A DNA stretch of 46,861 nt from assembly GCA_038231455.1 (NCBI GenBank), contig JBBRLI010000023.1, positions 1-46,861 of the forward strand. Direction: 5' to 3'. Below the pieces are notes generated by a model. It saw nothing but the letters and a program-made list of their open reading frames with translations. It was not told where the DNA came from and did no database searches. A program made the translations under genes and the position numbers. Numbering within the stretch: the first letter of the stretch is position 1; every line of letters begins with the position of its first letter. The DNA comes from Vulcanimicrobiales bacterium (GTDB taxonomy: Bacteria; Vulcanimicrobiota; Vulcanimicrobiia; Vulcanimicrobiales; Vulcanimicrobiaceae). Shown piece by piece: positions 26,323 through 34,729 of this stretch.

Positions 26323-27219
26323 TTACTGGTCGAGGAGCGGCTTTGCTTGTGGGTCGAGTAGACGTGCGCGCCAGCGCTGTTCGAAGTTGAGCTTTCGGAT
26401 GAGGTTGGAGAGCTTCACTTGTGGCGGCTGGTAGGTTGGAATTGTCGCGTCCGCGAGCGCATACGTCTGGCAGTATTCCTGACGCAGACGCGCTTCGGTT
26501 TCGCGCACGAAGCGCACGTGTTGGCCGTGGAATCGCAGCGCGAGCGGCCACAGGGGTGCAAAATATTCTACCGGATCGATCTGCGGCAACTCGTCGTTTG
26601 TGACGATATTGCCCGGAGCACCGAGGCTCGAATACTGCCGGCCTTTTTCAGCATGCCGGCGCACCGGCAGCACGTGACCATAATGTGCGTAGACATAGGG
26701 GAGCGCCAGACGCCCACCGCGTGCGCCGACGAGTTTCTCGTGGACGAGGTTTTCCCATCGCAGTTCGGGTGAGAAGCGGAAGAATGCCATGCGGCGTTCG
26801 ATTGTCGTGTACCAATCGAACGACTGGAAAAAGTGCCACGTAAAGCCGTCGACAAAATCGATATTTGGCGCGACTTTCCAAAGGTTCGCGGCAATGGTCG
26901 CGGCCGCTTCACCGTGGACTTCGTCTGCATCGACAAACGCGACCCACTCGCCGGCGTCGTGCTCGGCGTGCAGTGCCAGCATCCGATTGCGTGCCGCAGA
27001 AAAGTTTTCAAACGGGGCTCGGTCAAGGAGAAGGCGTCCGCTGCGCGCAAACGCCGATGCCTCCACGGTTACGAGATTCGTGGAGCGTTCTTCGCCGGAA
27101 TTATCATTGACAATGAGCCGGTCGACGACGTTCTCGAGACTTGCAAGTAAGGCGCCGAGGAACGGTTCTTCGCGCGCTCCGAACATGAGGTGAGCGGCGA
27201 TCCGAGGCTTATCGACGAT
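26323..27219 (-). CDS. GT-A fold (GT2-like) glycosyltransferase; start codon uncertain
   Basis: EEPFLGALLASL..LIVNDNS, NFSAARN, FVDADE, W..LVHE, HYG. Confidence 0.8.
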   Translation of the reverse strand: MVDKPRIAAHLMFGAREEPFLGALLASLENVVDRLIVNDNSGEERSTNLVTVEASAFARSGRLLLDRAPFENFSAARNRMLALHAEHDAGEWVAFVDADEVHGEAAATIAANLWKVAPNIDFVDGFTWHFFQSFDWYTTIERRMAFFRFSPELRWENLVHEKLVGARGGRLALPYVYAHYGHVLPVRRHAEKGRQYSSLGAPGNIVTNDELPQIDPVEYFAPLWPLALRFHGQHVRFVRETEARLRQEYCQTYALADATIPTYQPPQVKLSNLIRKLNFEQRWRARLLDPQAKPLLDQ

Positions 27220-28387
27220 GCGTCTCCTTGTGCTGTGTGAGGTCTTGGGTCCCGACGGCGGCATGGAACGGTATTTGGAAACCGTGTTGCCCGTGCTCGC
27301 GGATCGCTGTTCTGCGCTGCGCGTTCTTTCCCGTCGCATCACGGGCGACCATGCGCCGCTCGACGTTCGCGAGGTCGCCTGGTCCGAGGAGCACGAACCG
27401 CCGAACGTCGCGGCTGCCGATGCAATCCGATCGCAGATCGCGGACTTTCGCCCCGACCTTGTGATCGCGCATAACGTGATGGATGCGGGTGTCATGGCGG
27501 CGGCACGCGACGCATCGCGTCTCGTCGCGCATCTTCACGATCATCGCGTGTTTTGTCCGAACGGCGATCGGCTGTTCCCGCGTTCGCGGACCATTTGCAC
27601 GGCGACGATGGGCATCGCGTGCTCGGTCAATACCGTGTTGCAAGGCTGTATGGCCGGTCCGCGACCGCCGTCCTTCGCTCTGCTCCAGCGTCGCAAAGCG
27701 CTGCGCGATACGTATCGCGCAGCCGACGCGTTCGTCACCGCTTCGGCGTATATGACGCATGAGGCCATCAACAACGGCATCGAGCGAACCCGAATCCATA
27801 CGCTCCCGCTGCCGCTGCCGGATACGGCCTTCGCGAGCGCAATCGCGCCGCAGCCCGATCCGGAAGCGATCGTGCTCTTCTCCGCGCGCATCGCGCCACA
27901 GAAGGGCTTGCAATCGCTCGTCGATGCAATCGCCCGGATTGCAAAGAAACGTCGCCCGATCTTGCGTATCGCCGGCGTCGGTCCCGATTTGGAGCCAAGT
28001 ATCGCGCATGCGCGGTCGCGCGGCGTTCTTACCGAAGAACTTGGCAGGCTCGATCGCGAGGCGATGCAAGCCGCGATCGATGCGGCAAGCGTGATCGCGG
28101 TCCCCTCGCTCTGGGCCGAACCCTTCGGCTACGTCGGTATCGAAGCGCTCGCGCGCGGGAAACCCGTGGCCGCCTACGATGTCGGCGGTATCCGTACGTG
28201 GCTCGACGATGGCCGCAACGGCTACCTTGCGCCCGTTGGCGATACGTCCGAACTGGCGCAGGCGATCATTGCGCTGCTCGATCCCATCTTGCACACGGAT
28301 TTCTCGTTCAGCGCGCTCGCAAGCGCCGAACGTTTTCGTCTTGCGCCTCACGTCAAGCGACTCGAAGAAGTGTACGCCGCGCGATAG
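27218..28387 (+). CDS. GT4-family glycosyltransferase
   Basis: GGMERY, HLHDHRVFCPNG, PSLWAEPFGYVGIEA, DVGGI. Confidence 0.92.
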   Translation: MRLLVLCEVLGPDGGMERYLETVLPVLADRCSALRVLSRRITGDHAPLDVREVAWSEEHEPPNVAAADAIRSQIADFRPDLVIAHNVMDAGVMAAARDASRLVAHLHDHRVFCPNGDRLFPRSRTICTATMGIACSVNTVLQGCMAGPRPPSFALLQRRKALRDTYRAADAFVTASAYMTHEAINNGIERTRIHTLPLPLPDTAFASAIAPQPDPEAIVLFSARIAPQKGLQSLVDAIARIAKKRRPILRIAGVGPDLEPSIAHARSRGVLTEELGRLDREAMQAAIDAASVIAVPSLWAEPFGYVGIEALARGKPVAAYDVGGIRTWLDDGRNGYLAPVGDTSELAQAIIALLDPILHTDFSFSALASAERFRLAPHVKRLEEVYAAR

Positions 28388-29391
28388 ACATCGGTGATGG
28401 CCGTGTGCGTTTGCTCGGCGCAGCGGTCCCACGAAAACGAGCGGGCGCGTTCGAGTCCGGCCGCGCGTAAACGCGAGCGCAAGGTCGCAACCGATGCGAC
28501 GGCACGCAGTGCTTCCGTCCACGCAGCGACATCGGTCGGACGATCGATCGAGAGCGCCGCATCTCCGCAGACTTCATCAAGCGAACTGCCCGCTGCGACG
28601 ACGACGGGTGAGCCGCACGCCATCGCCTCGAGTGCCGGAAAACCGAACCCCTCGTACAGCGAGGGCACCATCGTCGCGAGAGCCCCACGATACCAGGGGA
28701 TCAGTGCGTCGCGATCGAGCGATCCAAGCGACACGATGCCGGGCCGCGGTGGCGGACGATCTCCCGCACACACGAGCGCAACGGATCCGTCGGGAAACGC
28801 GCGCTCGTGCGCGGCAGCGAGGGTCGCGAAATTTTTCCGATTCTCGATGGCACCCACGAAAAGCACGTACGGTCGTTCGGCGCGTGCTTGCGGACCGTCG
28901 GGGGTGAATGCGTCTTCCACCGCCAGTAACGTCACGCGCGTGCGCGCCGCGGGAATGCCGAGATACGTTTGAATCTCGCGTTCGGTAAAGGCGGAGTTGG
29001 CAAGGATGCACGCGCTGTTCACGGAGCGGCGAAACGGTTCTTGTTCGTTATCGCGTTTCGCTGGGTCAGCATTCGGATAGGCAAACGGCACGGCGTCGTG
29101 CATCGTTGCGATTGCGGGATAGGGGCTTTTGAAAAACGTTCCGTTCCAGGGATGCCAGATCACCTCGGTATCCCGCGGCACGCTGCGCATCACGCGAAAG
29201 CGATCGGTCCCGAGGATCTCCGCGATCGCGCCGCGTGCACGCGGCACGAAGAGATCGTGAATTAAGAGCGTCAGTGCAAGATCGTCGCGGCGTGCGAAAC
29301 GTTCGAGGAGCGCACGCAAATAGCGGCTGATACCGCGCCAGTCTCGTTCGAGATTGTGCGCGTCAACCGCAAGCCGGACGGGCTCGGTCAA
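28348..29391 (-). CDS. GT4-family (mannosyltransferase-like) glycosyltransferase
   Basis: GISRY, VGAIENRKN, PSLYEGFGFPALEAMACG, FSW. Confidence 0.92.
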   Translation of the reverse strand: MTEPVRLAVDAHNLERDWRGISRYLRALLERFARRDDLALTLLIHDLFVPRARGAIAEILGTDRFRVMRSVPRDTEVIWHPWNGTFFKSPYPAIATMHDAVPFAYPNADPAKRDNEQEPFRRSVNSACILANSAFTEREIQTYLGIPAARTRVTLLAVEDAFTPDGPQARAERPYVLFVGAIENRKNFATLAAAHERAFPDGSVALVCAGDRPPPRPGIVSLGSLDRDALIPWYRGALATMVPSLYEGFGFPALEAMACGSPVVVAAGSSLDEVCGDAALSIDRPTDVAAWTEALRAVASVATLRSRLRAAGLERARSFSWDRCAEQTHTAITDVYRAAYTSSSRLT

Positions 29392-30239
29392 CCCTTATCG
29401 CCGGGACAATTAGGCAGCGTCGTGAGGCCGTTGCGCGGGTCGCTATGATCTAAGATGTACTTCACGTACTGATCGTCGGCGGAGAGTTGGAAACCGGCCG
29501 GCGGGAACTGCACGACGACTTCGAAATCGGGATTCTTCAAATTTCTGCTCGACCATGGGTCGTCGTTTTCGCCATTCGTATAGACCCACGGATACGGAAA
29601 TCGTGCGATCTCGACGTGACCGTCGGCAAAGTGAACGTGCGCATCGACAACCTCGGAGGCTGCGCCGTTGCGGTATTTCGGCGCGCCTTTCGGCGTAAAC
29701 TCCACAAAGCCGCAGATGACGTTCGCATTGAACGCGCCATTCGCGCCGTTTCCTTGGTTGCCCGTTCCGGCGCCGGAACCGCTGCCGTTGTTTCCGCCGG
29801 TTCCAACACCCGGACCCGCGCCGATTCCGACACCGCCGGCGGCTTGACCCGTACCGGTGCCGTGGTGCGCGGGCGGAGCGGGCATCGTGCGTTTGGCGAC
29901 GATCGTCCGGTGCGCGGCCTCGCTGCCACCCTGCTTTGCGCGTCGCGGCGCGCGTGCCGACTGCGCGTTGTCCTTGCGGACGGCAACCGGCATCGGCGTT
30001 GCTTTCGGGGGGACGGTCGGACGCGCGGATGGCGTGAGGATCGGGGCGGGCGTCGGCGATGGTGAGGGCTTTGGCGAAGGTCGGCGTTCGATTGCGATCT
30101 TTTCGACGATCTGATCGGGCTCGGCGCGCACGTGCGCGATACGCGGCCCAAGGAAGCCGAGTAGAATTTCGTGGATGAAAATCGAGAGCGCGATGACGAT
30201 GAGCCAGCGTCGCGAGTCGGGCACGTTATCCATGTTCAC
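29388..30239 (-). CDS. Membrane-anchored Pro/Gly-rich protein (TonB-like architecture), unknown function
   Basis: N-terminal ALSIFIH TM, Pro-rich linker, Gly-rich tract, compact C-terminal domain. Confidence 0.7.
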   Translation of the reverse strand: MNMDNVPDSRRWLIVIALSIFIHEILLGFLGPRIAHVRAEPDQIVEKIAIERRPSPKPSPSPTPAPILTPSARPTVPPKATPMPVAVRKDNAQSARAPRRAKQGGSEAAHRTIVAKRTMPAPPAHHGTGTGQAAGGVGIGAGPGVGTGGNNGSGSGAGTGNQGNGANGAFNANVICGFVEFTPKGAPKYRNGAASEVVDAHVHFADGHVEIARFPYPWVYTNGENDDPWSSRNLKNPDFEVVVQFPPAGFQLSADDQYVKYILDHSDPRNGLTTLPNCPGDKG

Positions 30240-30261
30240 CGAACGGTTGCCAATGTGCTAG

Positions 30262-30290
30262 AAAAAAGACCACCCGAATCCGGGTGGTCT
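30262..30290 (-). terminator. Rho-independent terminator
   Basis: AGACCACCCG-AATC-CGGGTGGTCT stem followed by a T run on the minus strand. Confidence 0.85.
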
Positions 30291-30312
30291 CCTGTATCCG
30301 TTTCGGTGTCGA

Positions 30313-30612
30313 CTATGCGGGATAGACGCCGTACGTGCGGTAGTACCAGTCGCGGAACTGCTGCTGGCTCGGGTAGTAGCCGTATTTGTGATAGAAGTAC
30401 GAGCGGTACGACGACTGACGACGAGCCTGTTCGCGTTGTTCGTTCTGCTTGATGTGCTTCTTGTGGTTGTAGTTCGTCACCAGCACGGCTGCTGCGGCGC
30501 CGCCGATGAGGATGTTCCGAACGCTGGCTGCACCATCAGCGAGGGCCGGGGCGACCGCGCCAACCGTGACTGCTGCTGCGAGGGCGCTCGCGGTAAGGAA
30601 TTTAGTATTCAT
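30313..30612 (-). CDS. Small secreted protein, Tyr/Gln/Arg-rich C-terminus
   Basis: AAGGAG RBS, signal peptide ending APALA, own terminator. Confidence 0.8.
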   Translation of the reverse strand: MNTKFLTASALAAAVTVGAVAPALADGAASVRNILIGGAAAAVLVTNYNHKKHIKQNEQREQARRQSSYRSYFYHKYGYYPSQQQFRDWYYRTYGVYPA

Positions 30613-30805
30613 AATGGTCTCCTTCTGCCCGCCGCGGGATCGGATCAAACGGATGATTGCTTTGGTGGGGTCGATCACGTCTTGCGGGCTTACCACTTGA
30701 AAACGAACCGCGGTAGCGGAAAGTTCGGTCGCGGCATCACAATCGCAGGGCCGTTTCTCTCAGGCGCGAAGCGCGCCGGAGTTCTCTCTTCTGAAAGGCC
30801 TGGTT

Positions 30806-31318
30806 TTGGACGTCCGCGAGCTGATCCGCGCGATCCCCGATTTCCCGATTCCTGGAATTCTCTTCCGCGACATCACCCCGCTGCTCGCCGATCGGCGCGG
30901 GTTCAAAACGACGATCGACCTCTTCGTCGAGCGTTATCGCGATGCGAAGCTCGATCATATCGTCGGAATCGAGGCACGCGGCTACATGCTCGGAGCACCG
31001 CTGGCATACGCACTCGGCATCGGCTTCGTACCGGTTCGCAAGCCCGGTAAGCTGCCGGGAGAAAAGCATTCCGAGGAATACGCGCTCGAATACGGCATGA
31101 ATACGCTGGAAATCCACGCCGATGCGTTCAAGCCGGGCGAGCGGGTTCTCATTGTCGATGACCTCCTCGCAACGGGCGGCACGGCCGCGGCCACCTTACG
31201 ACTAGTGGCGAAACTGGGAGCGGATGTCGCCGGGGCCGCTTTCCTGATCGAGCTTGCGGGGCTCAACGGGCGCGCCGCGCTTGGGTCCGCAACCGTACAC
31301 GCCTTCATCACGTATTAG
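30806..31318 (+). CDS. apt: Adenine phosphoribosyltransferase
   Basis: [36 protein letters not shown]. Confidence 0.97.
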   Translation: MDVRELIRAIPDFPIPGILFRDITPLLADRRGFKTTIDLFVERYRDAKLDHIVGIEARGYMLGAPLAYALGIGFVPVRKPGKLPGEKHSEEYALEYGMNTLEIHADAFKPGERVLIVDDLLATGGTAAATLRLVAKLGADVAGAAFLIELAGLNGRAALGSATVHAFITY

Positions 31319-31380
31319 AAAAATCGGACGGAAGCGGTTGAGCGTCCGTACGTGGTTATGGCATAGTAAGGCCTAACCTC

Positions 31381-33549
31381 ATGACGATTATCGACCTCAT
31401 CGCCAAGGTACAGAAATACGACCCCTCGCTCGACGGGTCTTGGCTTACTGCGGTCTACCAACTGGCCGACACCGCCCATGAGGGACAGCGCCGGGCCTCG
31501 GGCGAGTCCTATATCGCCCACCCGCTCGCCGTCGCCGACATCCTCGCCGACCTCGAGATGGACCGGGAAACGATCGCCGCGGCGATCCTCCATGACGTCG
31601 TGGAAGACACGGTCGTCACAAGCGAAGAAGTGGGCGAGCTTTATGGGGCGGAGATCGCGGCATTGGTCGACGGCGTCACCAAGCTCACGCGGATCCCGTA
31701 TCAGTCAAAAGAAGACGCACAGGTCGAGAACCTACGCAAGATGTTCCTTGCGATGGCGAAGGACATCCGCGTCATCATTATCAAGCTCGCGGACCGTCTG
31801 CACAACATGCGGACGCTCGCGAGCCTGCCGCCCGCAAAACAGCAGACGATCGCAAAAGAAACGGTCGAGATCTATGCGCCGATCGCGCATCGTCTTGGCA
31901 TCTGGCGCGTGAAGTGGGATCTTGAAGATCTCGCGCTGCGCTATCTCGATCCCGACGGCTACCGCGATATCGCCGAACGCGTTGCAAAAAAACGCACCGA
32001 GCGCGAAGAGGCCGTTACCTCGGTCGTCGGCGAGCTCAAATCACAGTTCGAAAACGTCGGCATCATCGGCGATGTGAATGGGCGTCCGAAACACTTCTAT
32101 TCGATCTACCAGAAGATGCGCAAAGGTCGCGACTTTGCGACGATCTACGATCTGACCGCCGTGCGCGTGATCGTCGAGTCGGTGAAAGACTGCTACGGGG
32201 CCCTCGGCGTCGTGCATTCGATTTGGAAGCCGCTGCCGGGTCGTTTCAAAGATTACATCGCGATGCCCAAACCCAACATGTACCAGTCGCTGCATACCAC
32301 GGTCGTCGGACCGGGCGGCGATCCGCTCGAAGTGCAGATTCGCACGCTCGACATGCATCGCACGAGCGAATACGGGATCGCCGCGCACTGGCGCTACAAA
32401 GAAGGGGCAAAATCCGGCGACCCGGTCGAGAATAAACTCACCTGGCTGCGTTCGCTGCTCGAGTGGCAGAACGACATGCGCGACTCGCGCGCGTTCATGG
32501 AGCACCTCAAGCTCGATCTCTTTGACAATCAGGTTTTCATTTTCTCGCCCAAAGGCGATGTGTTCTCGCTGCCGGCTGCAGCGACGCCGCTGGACTTTGC
32601 CTATCAGGTCCATACGAACGTCGGCAACCACTGCGTCGGCGCGAAAGTCAACGGCAAGATCGTGCCGCTCGATTACCAGCTCAAGAACGGCGACATCTGC
32701 GAGATCTTGCTCAACAAGAACTCCGCGCGACCGTCGCTCGACTGGATCTCGATCGTCAAGACGTCGGGTGCCAAGCACAAGATCAAACAGTGGTTCCGCA
32801 AAGAACGCAAAGAAGAAAATGTGCTCATCGGCCTCGAGTCGCTCGAGAACGAACTCTCACGCCAGCATATGCGCGCGGATCTCGCGCGCGGCGAGTTGAT
32901 CGAGAAGATCGCGCAGAAGATGAACTACGCGACCGCCCACGACCTGTACGCTGCGATCGGCTTTGGCGATGCAAGTTCGGTCTCCGCCGTTCAGCGGCTG
33001 CGCGATGAAGCCAAAACCGATAATATCGTCGACCTCGCTGCGCTCGCTCGTCCCGCGCCGCCGCGCCGCGTCGCGCGCAATTCCAGCGGCATCCGCATCG
33101 CGGGCGTCGACGACGTCCTCGTGCGCGTTTCCAAGTGCTGCAGTCCGGTTCCGGGCGATCCGATCATGGGCTTCGTCACGATCGGTCGCGGTGTCTCCGT
33201 GCATCGCGCCGACTGTCCGAACGTCGCTTACATGAACGGCACGCCCGAACGGATTTTGCAAGCCCAGTTCGTCGATTCGAGCGAAGTCACGCATTCGGTC
33301 GATATCGAAATCGAAGCGATCGACCGCGCCGGTCTGCTCCAAGACGTAATGGGCGTCTGCTCGGAACTCAAAACGCAGGTGTCATCCGTGACCGCGCGCG
33401 TCAAACGCGACCGCATGGCCGTCATCTCGCTCACCGCGCAGATCTCCAACCTCGATCATCTCGGCAAGCTGCTGCGCAAGCTCAGCGACCTGCGTGACGT
33501 GCGCACGGTTTACCGCGTCACCAAGCGCGAAGCGCGCGCGAGCGGTTAG
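31381..33549 (+). CDS. relA: Bifunctional (p)ppGpp synthetase/hydrolase (long RSH)
   Basis: HD (LHDVVED), KLADRLHN, RFKDYIA, YQSLHT, TGS, CC and ACT domains. Confidence 0.97.
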   Translation: MTIIDLIAKVQKYDPSLDGSWLTAVYQLADTAHEGQRRASGESYIAHPLAVADILADLEMDRETIAAAILHDVVEDTVVTSEEVGELYGAEIAALVDGVTKLTRIPYQSKEDAQVENLRKMFLAMAKDIRVIIIKLADRLHNMRTLASLPPAKQQTIAKETVEIYAPIAHRLGIWRVKWDLEDLALRYLDPDGYRDIAERVAKKRTEREEAVTSVVGELKSQFENVGIIGDVNGRPKHFYSIYQKMRKGRDFATIYDLTAVRVIVESVKDCYGALGVVHSIWKPLPGRFKDYIAMPKPNMYQSLHTTVVGPGGDPLEVQIRTLDMHRTSEYGIAAHWRYKEGAKSGDPVENKLTWLRSLLEWQNDMRDSRAFMEHLKLDLFDNQVFIFSPKGDVFSLPAAATPLDFAYQVHTNVGNHCVGAKVNGKIVPLDYQLKNGDICEILLNKNSARPSLDWISIVKTSGAKHKIKQWFRKERKEENVLIGLESLENELSRQHMRADLARGELIEKIAQKMNYATAHDLYAAIGFGDASSVSAVQRLRDEAKTDNIVDLAALARPAPPRRVARNSSGIRIAGVDDVLVRVSKCCSPVPGDPIMGFVTIGRGVSVHRADCPNVAYMNGTPERILQAQFVDSSEVTHSVDIEIEAIDRAGLLQDVMGVCSELKTQVSSVTARVKRDRMAVISLTAQISNLDHLGKLLRKLSDLRDVRTVYRVTKREARASG

Positions 33550-33836
33550 CCGCCCGTAGCGAGCCGCTTGGCGCTCGTCTGCGCCATTTTGATGAGGGTA
33601 TCGCGTGCGTCATCGGTGTCTTCGATCGCGTGGTCGAAATCGATGATGAGCACGTGGTCTTTACCCTCGGCGACAGCGACGATCGTCATGCTGTCTTCAT
33701 CGAATTTGCGTAAGGTCGCGGAGTCGACGACGTCCATGTCGCCGTAATAGCGGGCGTAATCACGAACGGAGTCACCGTGATCGGCATTCATGTGTTCGAC
33801 GATGTCCGCGATTGCGGCTTCGGTAAGTTCGGCCAT
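33546..33836 (-). CDS. DUF2470-like small protein (HugZ-related domain)
   Basis: IVEHMNADH..YARYYG..IDFD..RDTLIKM pattern. Confidence 0.78.
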   Translation of the reverse strand: MAELTEAAIADIVEHMNADHGDSVRDYARYYGDMDVVDSATLRKFDEDSMTIVAVAEGKDHVLIIDFDHAIEDTDDARDTLIKMAQTSAKRLATGG

Positions 33837-33856
33837 GCGGGGCGCTTCCGCTCGCG

Positions 33857-34729
33857 CTAGCTTGCGGCCTTCGCGTCGTAGCGATCGAAGAACCGGGTCA
33901 CCGCGGAGTTGAACTCCTTGGATTCCTCGAGATGCGGCATGTGCGAGCTGTTTTCGAACACGATCCAATCGCTCTTGGGAATACCGCGATGCACGCGACC
34001 CGCGATCTCCGGCGTTGCTTCATCGTAGCGCCCGGAGATCACGAGCGTCGGAACGGTGATTTCGCCCAGACGCGCGGTGATGTCCCAGTCTTTGAGCGTG
34101 CCGATCACATGGAATTCGCTCGGTCCGTTCATCGTGTGATAGACCGTGGGATTGGCCTTAATCGATTCGAACGTGCGCTGCACGCAACTTGGGAACGGCC
34201 AAATGCGACAGACGTGGCGTTTGTAAAATTCATCGACCGCCGCTTCATACGCGGGGTCGTCGGTCGTGCCGCTTGCTTCGTGCTCGTTCAACGTCTCTTG
34301 GACGTCTTTGGGTAACTCGCGGCGCAGACGATTGGCTTCGCTCACCCATAGCGTCATGTCCGATGGTGAATCGGCAACGACCATGCCGCGTACGCCGCGC
34401 GGCTGCGTGAGCGCGTATTCCATTGCGAGCATGCCGCCCCACGACTGTCCGATGATGAACACCTCATCGAGTGCGAGTTGCGCGCGGATCGCATCGATCT
34501 CCGCGACAAAGAGCGCGGGTTCGAGCATCGCGGGATCGGCGATCGCCTGCGATTTGCCGCAGCCGATCTGATCGTAGAAGATCACGTCGCGACCGCTTGC
34601 GGTAAGCTTCGCAAGCGGTTCGAGATAGTCGTGAGCGGCGCCGGGCCCACCGTGCAAGACGAGAATCGGCGTACGGCTACCGCCGCGATGGCGCTCGTGC
34701 CAGATCGCGTGATCGCGGAAGGTCAGCAC
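33857..34729 (-). CDS. Proline iminopeptidase / L-amino acid amidase
   Basis: LHGGPG, YDQIGCGKS, GQSWGG, MNGPSEF, SSHMPH. Confidence 0.92.
   Translation of the reverse strand: MLTFRDHAIWHERHRGGSRTPILVLHGGPGAAHDYLEPLAKLTASGRDVIFYDQIGCGKSQAIADPAMLEPALFVAEIDAIRAQLALDEVFIIGQSWGGMLAMEYALTQPRGVRGMVVADSPSDMTLWVSEANRLRRELPKDVQETLNEHEASGTTDDPAYEAAVDEFYKRHVCRIWPFPSCVQRTFESIKANPTVYHTMNGPSEFHVIGTLKDWDITARLGEITVPTLVISGRYDEATPEIAGRVHRGIPKSDWIVFENSSHMPHLEESKEFNSAVTRFFDRYDAKAAS

Noticed and set aside
27209-28522. 437-aa minus-strand ORF
   Set aside because: Antisense shadow of the GT4 gene.
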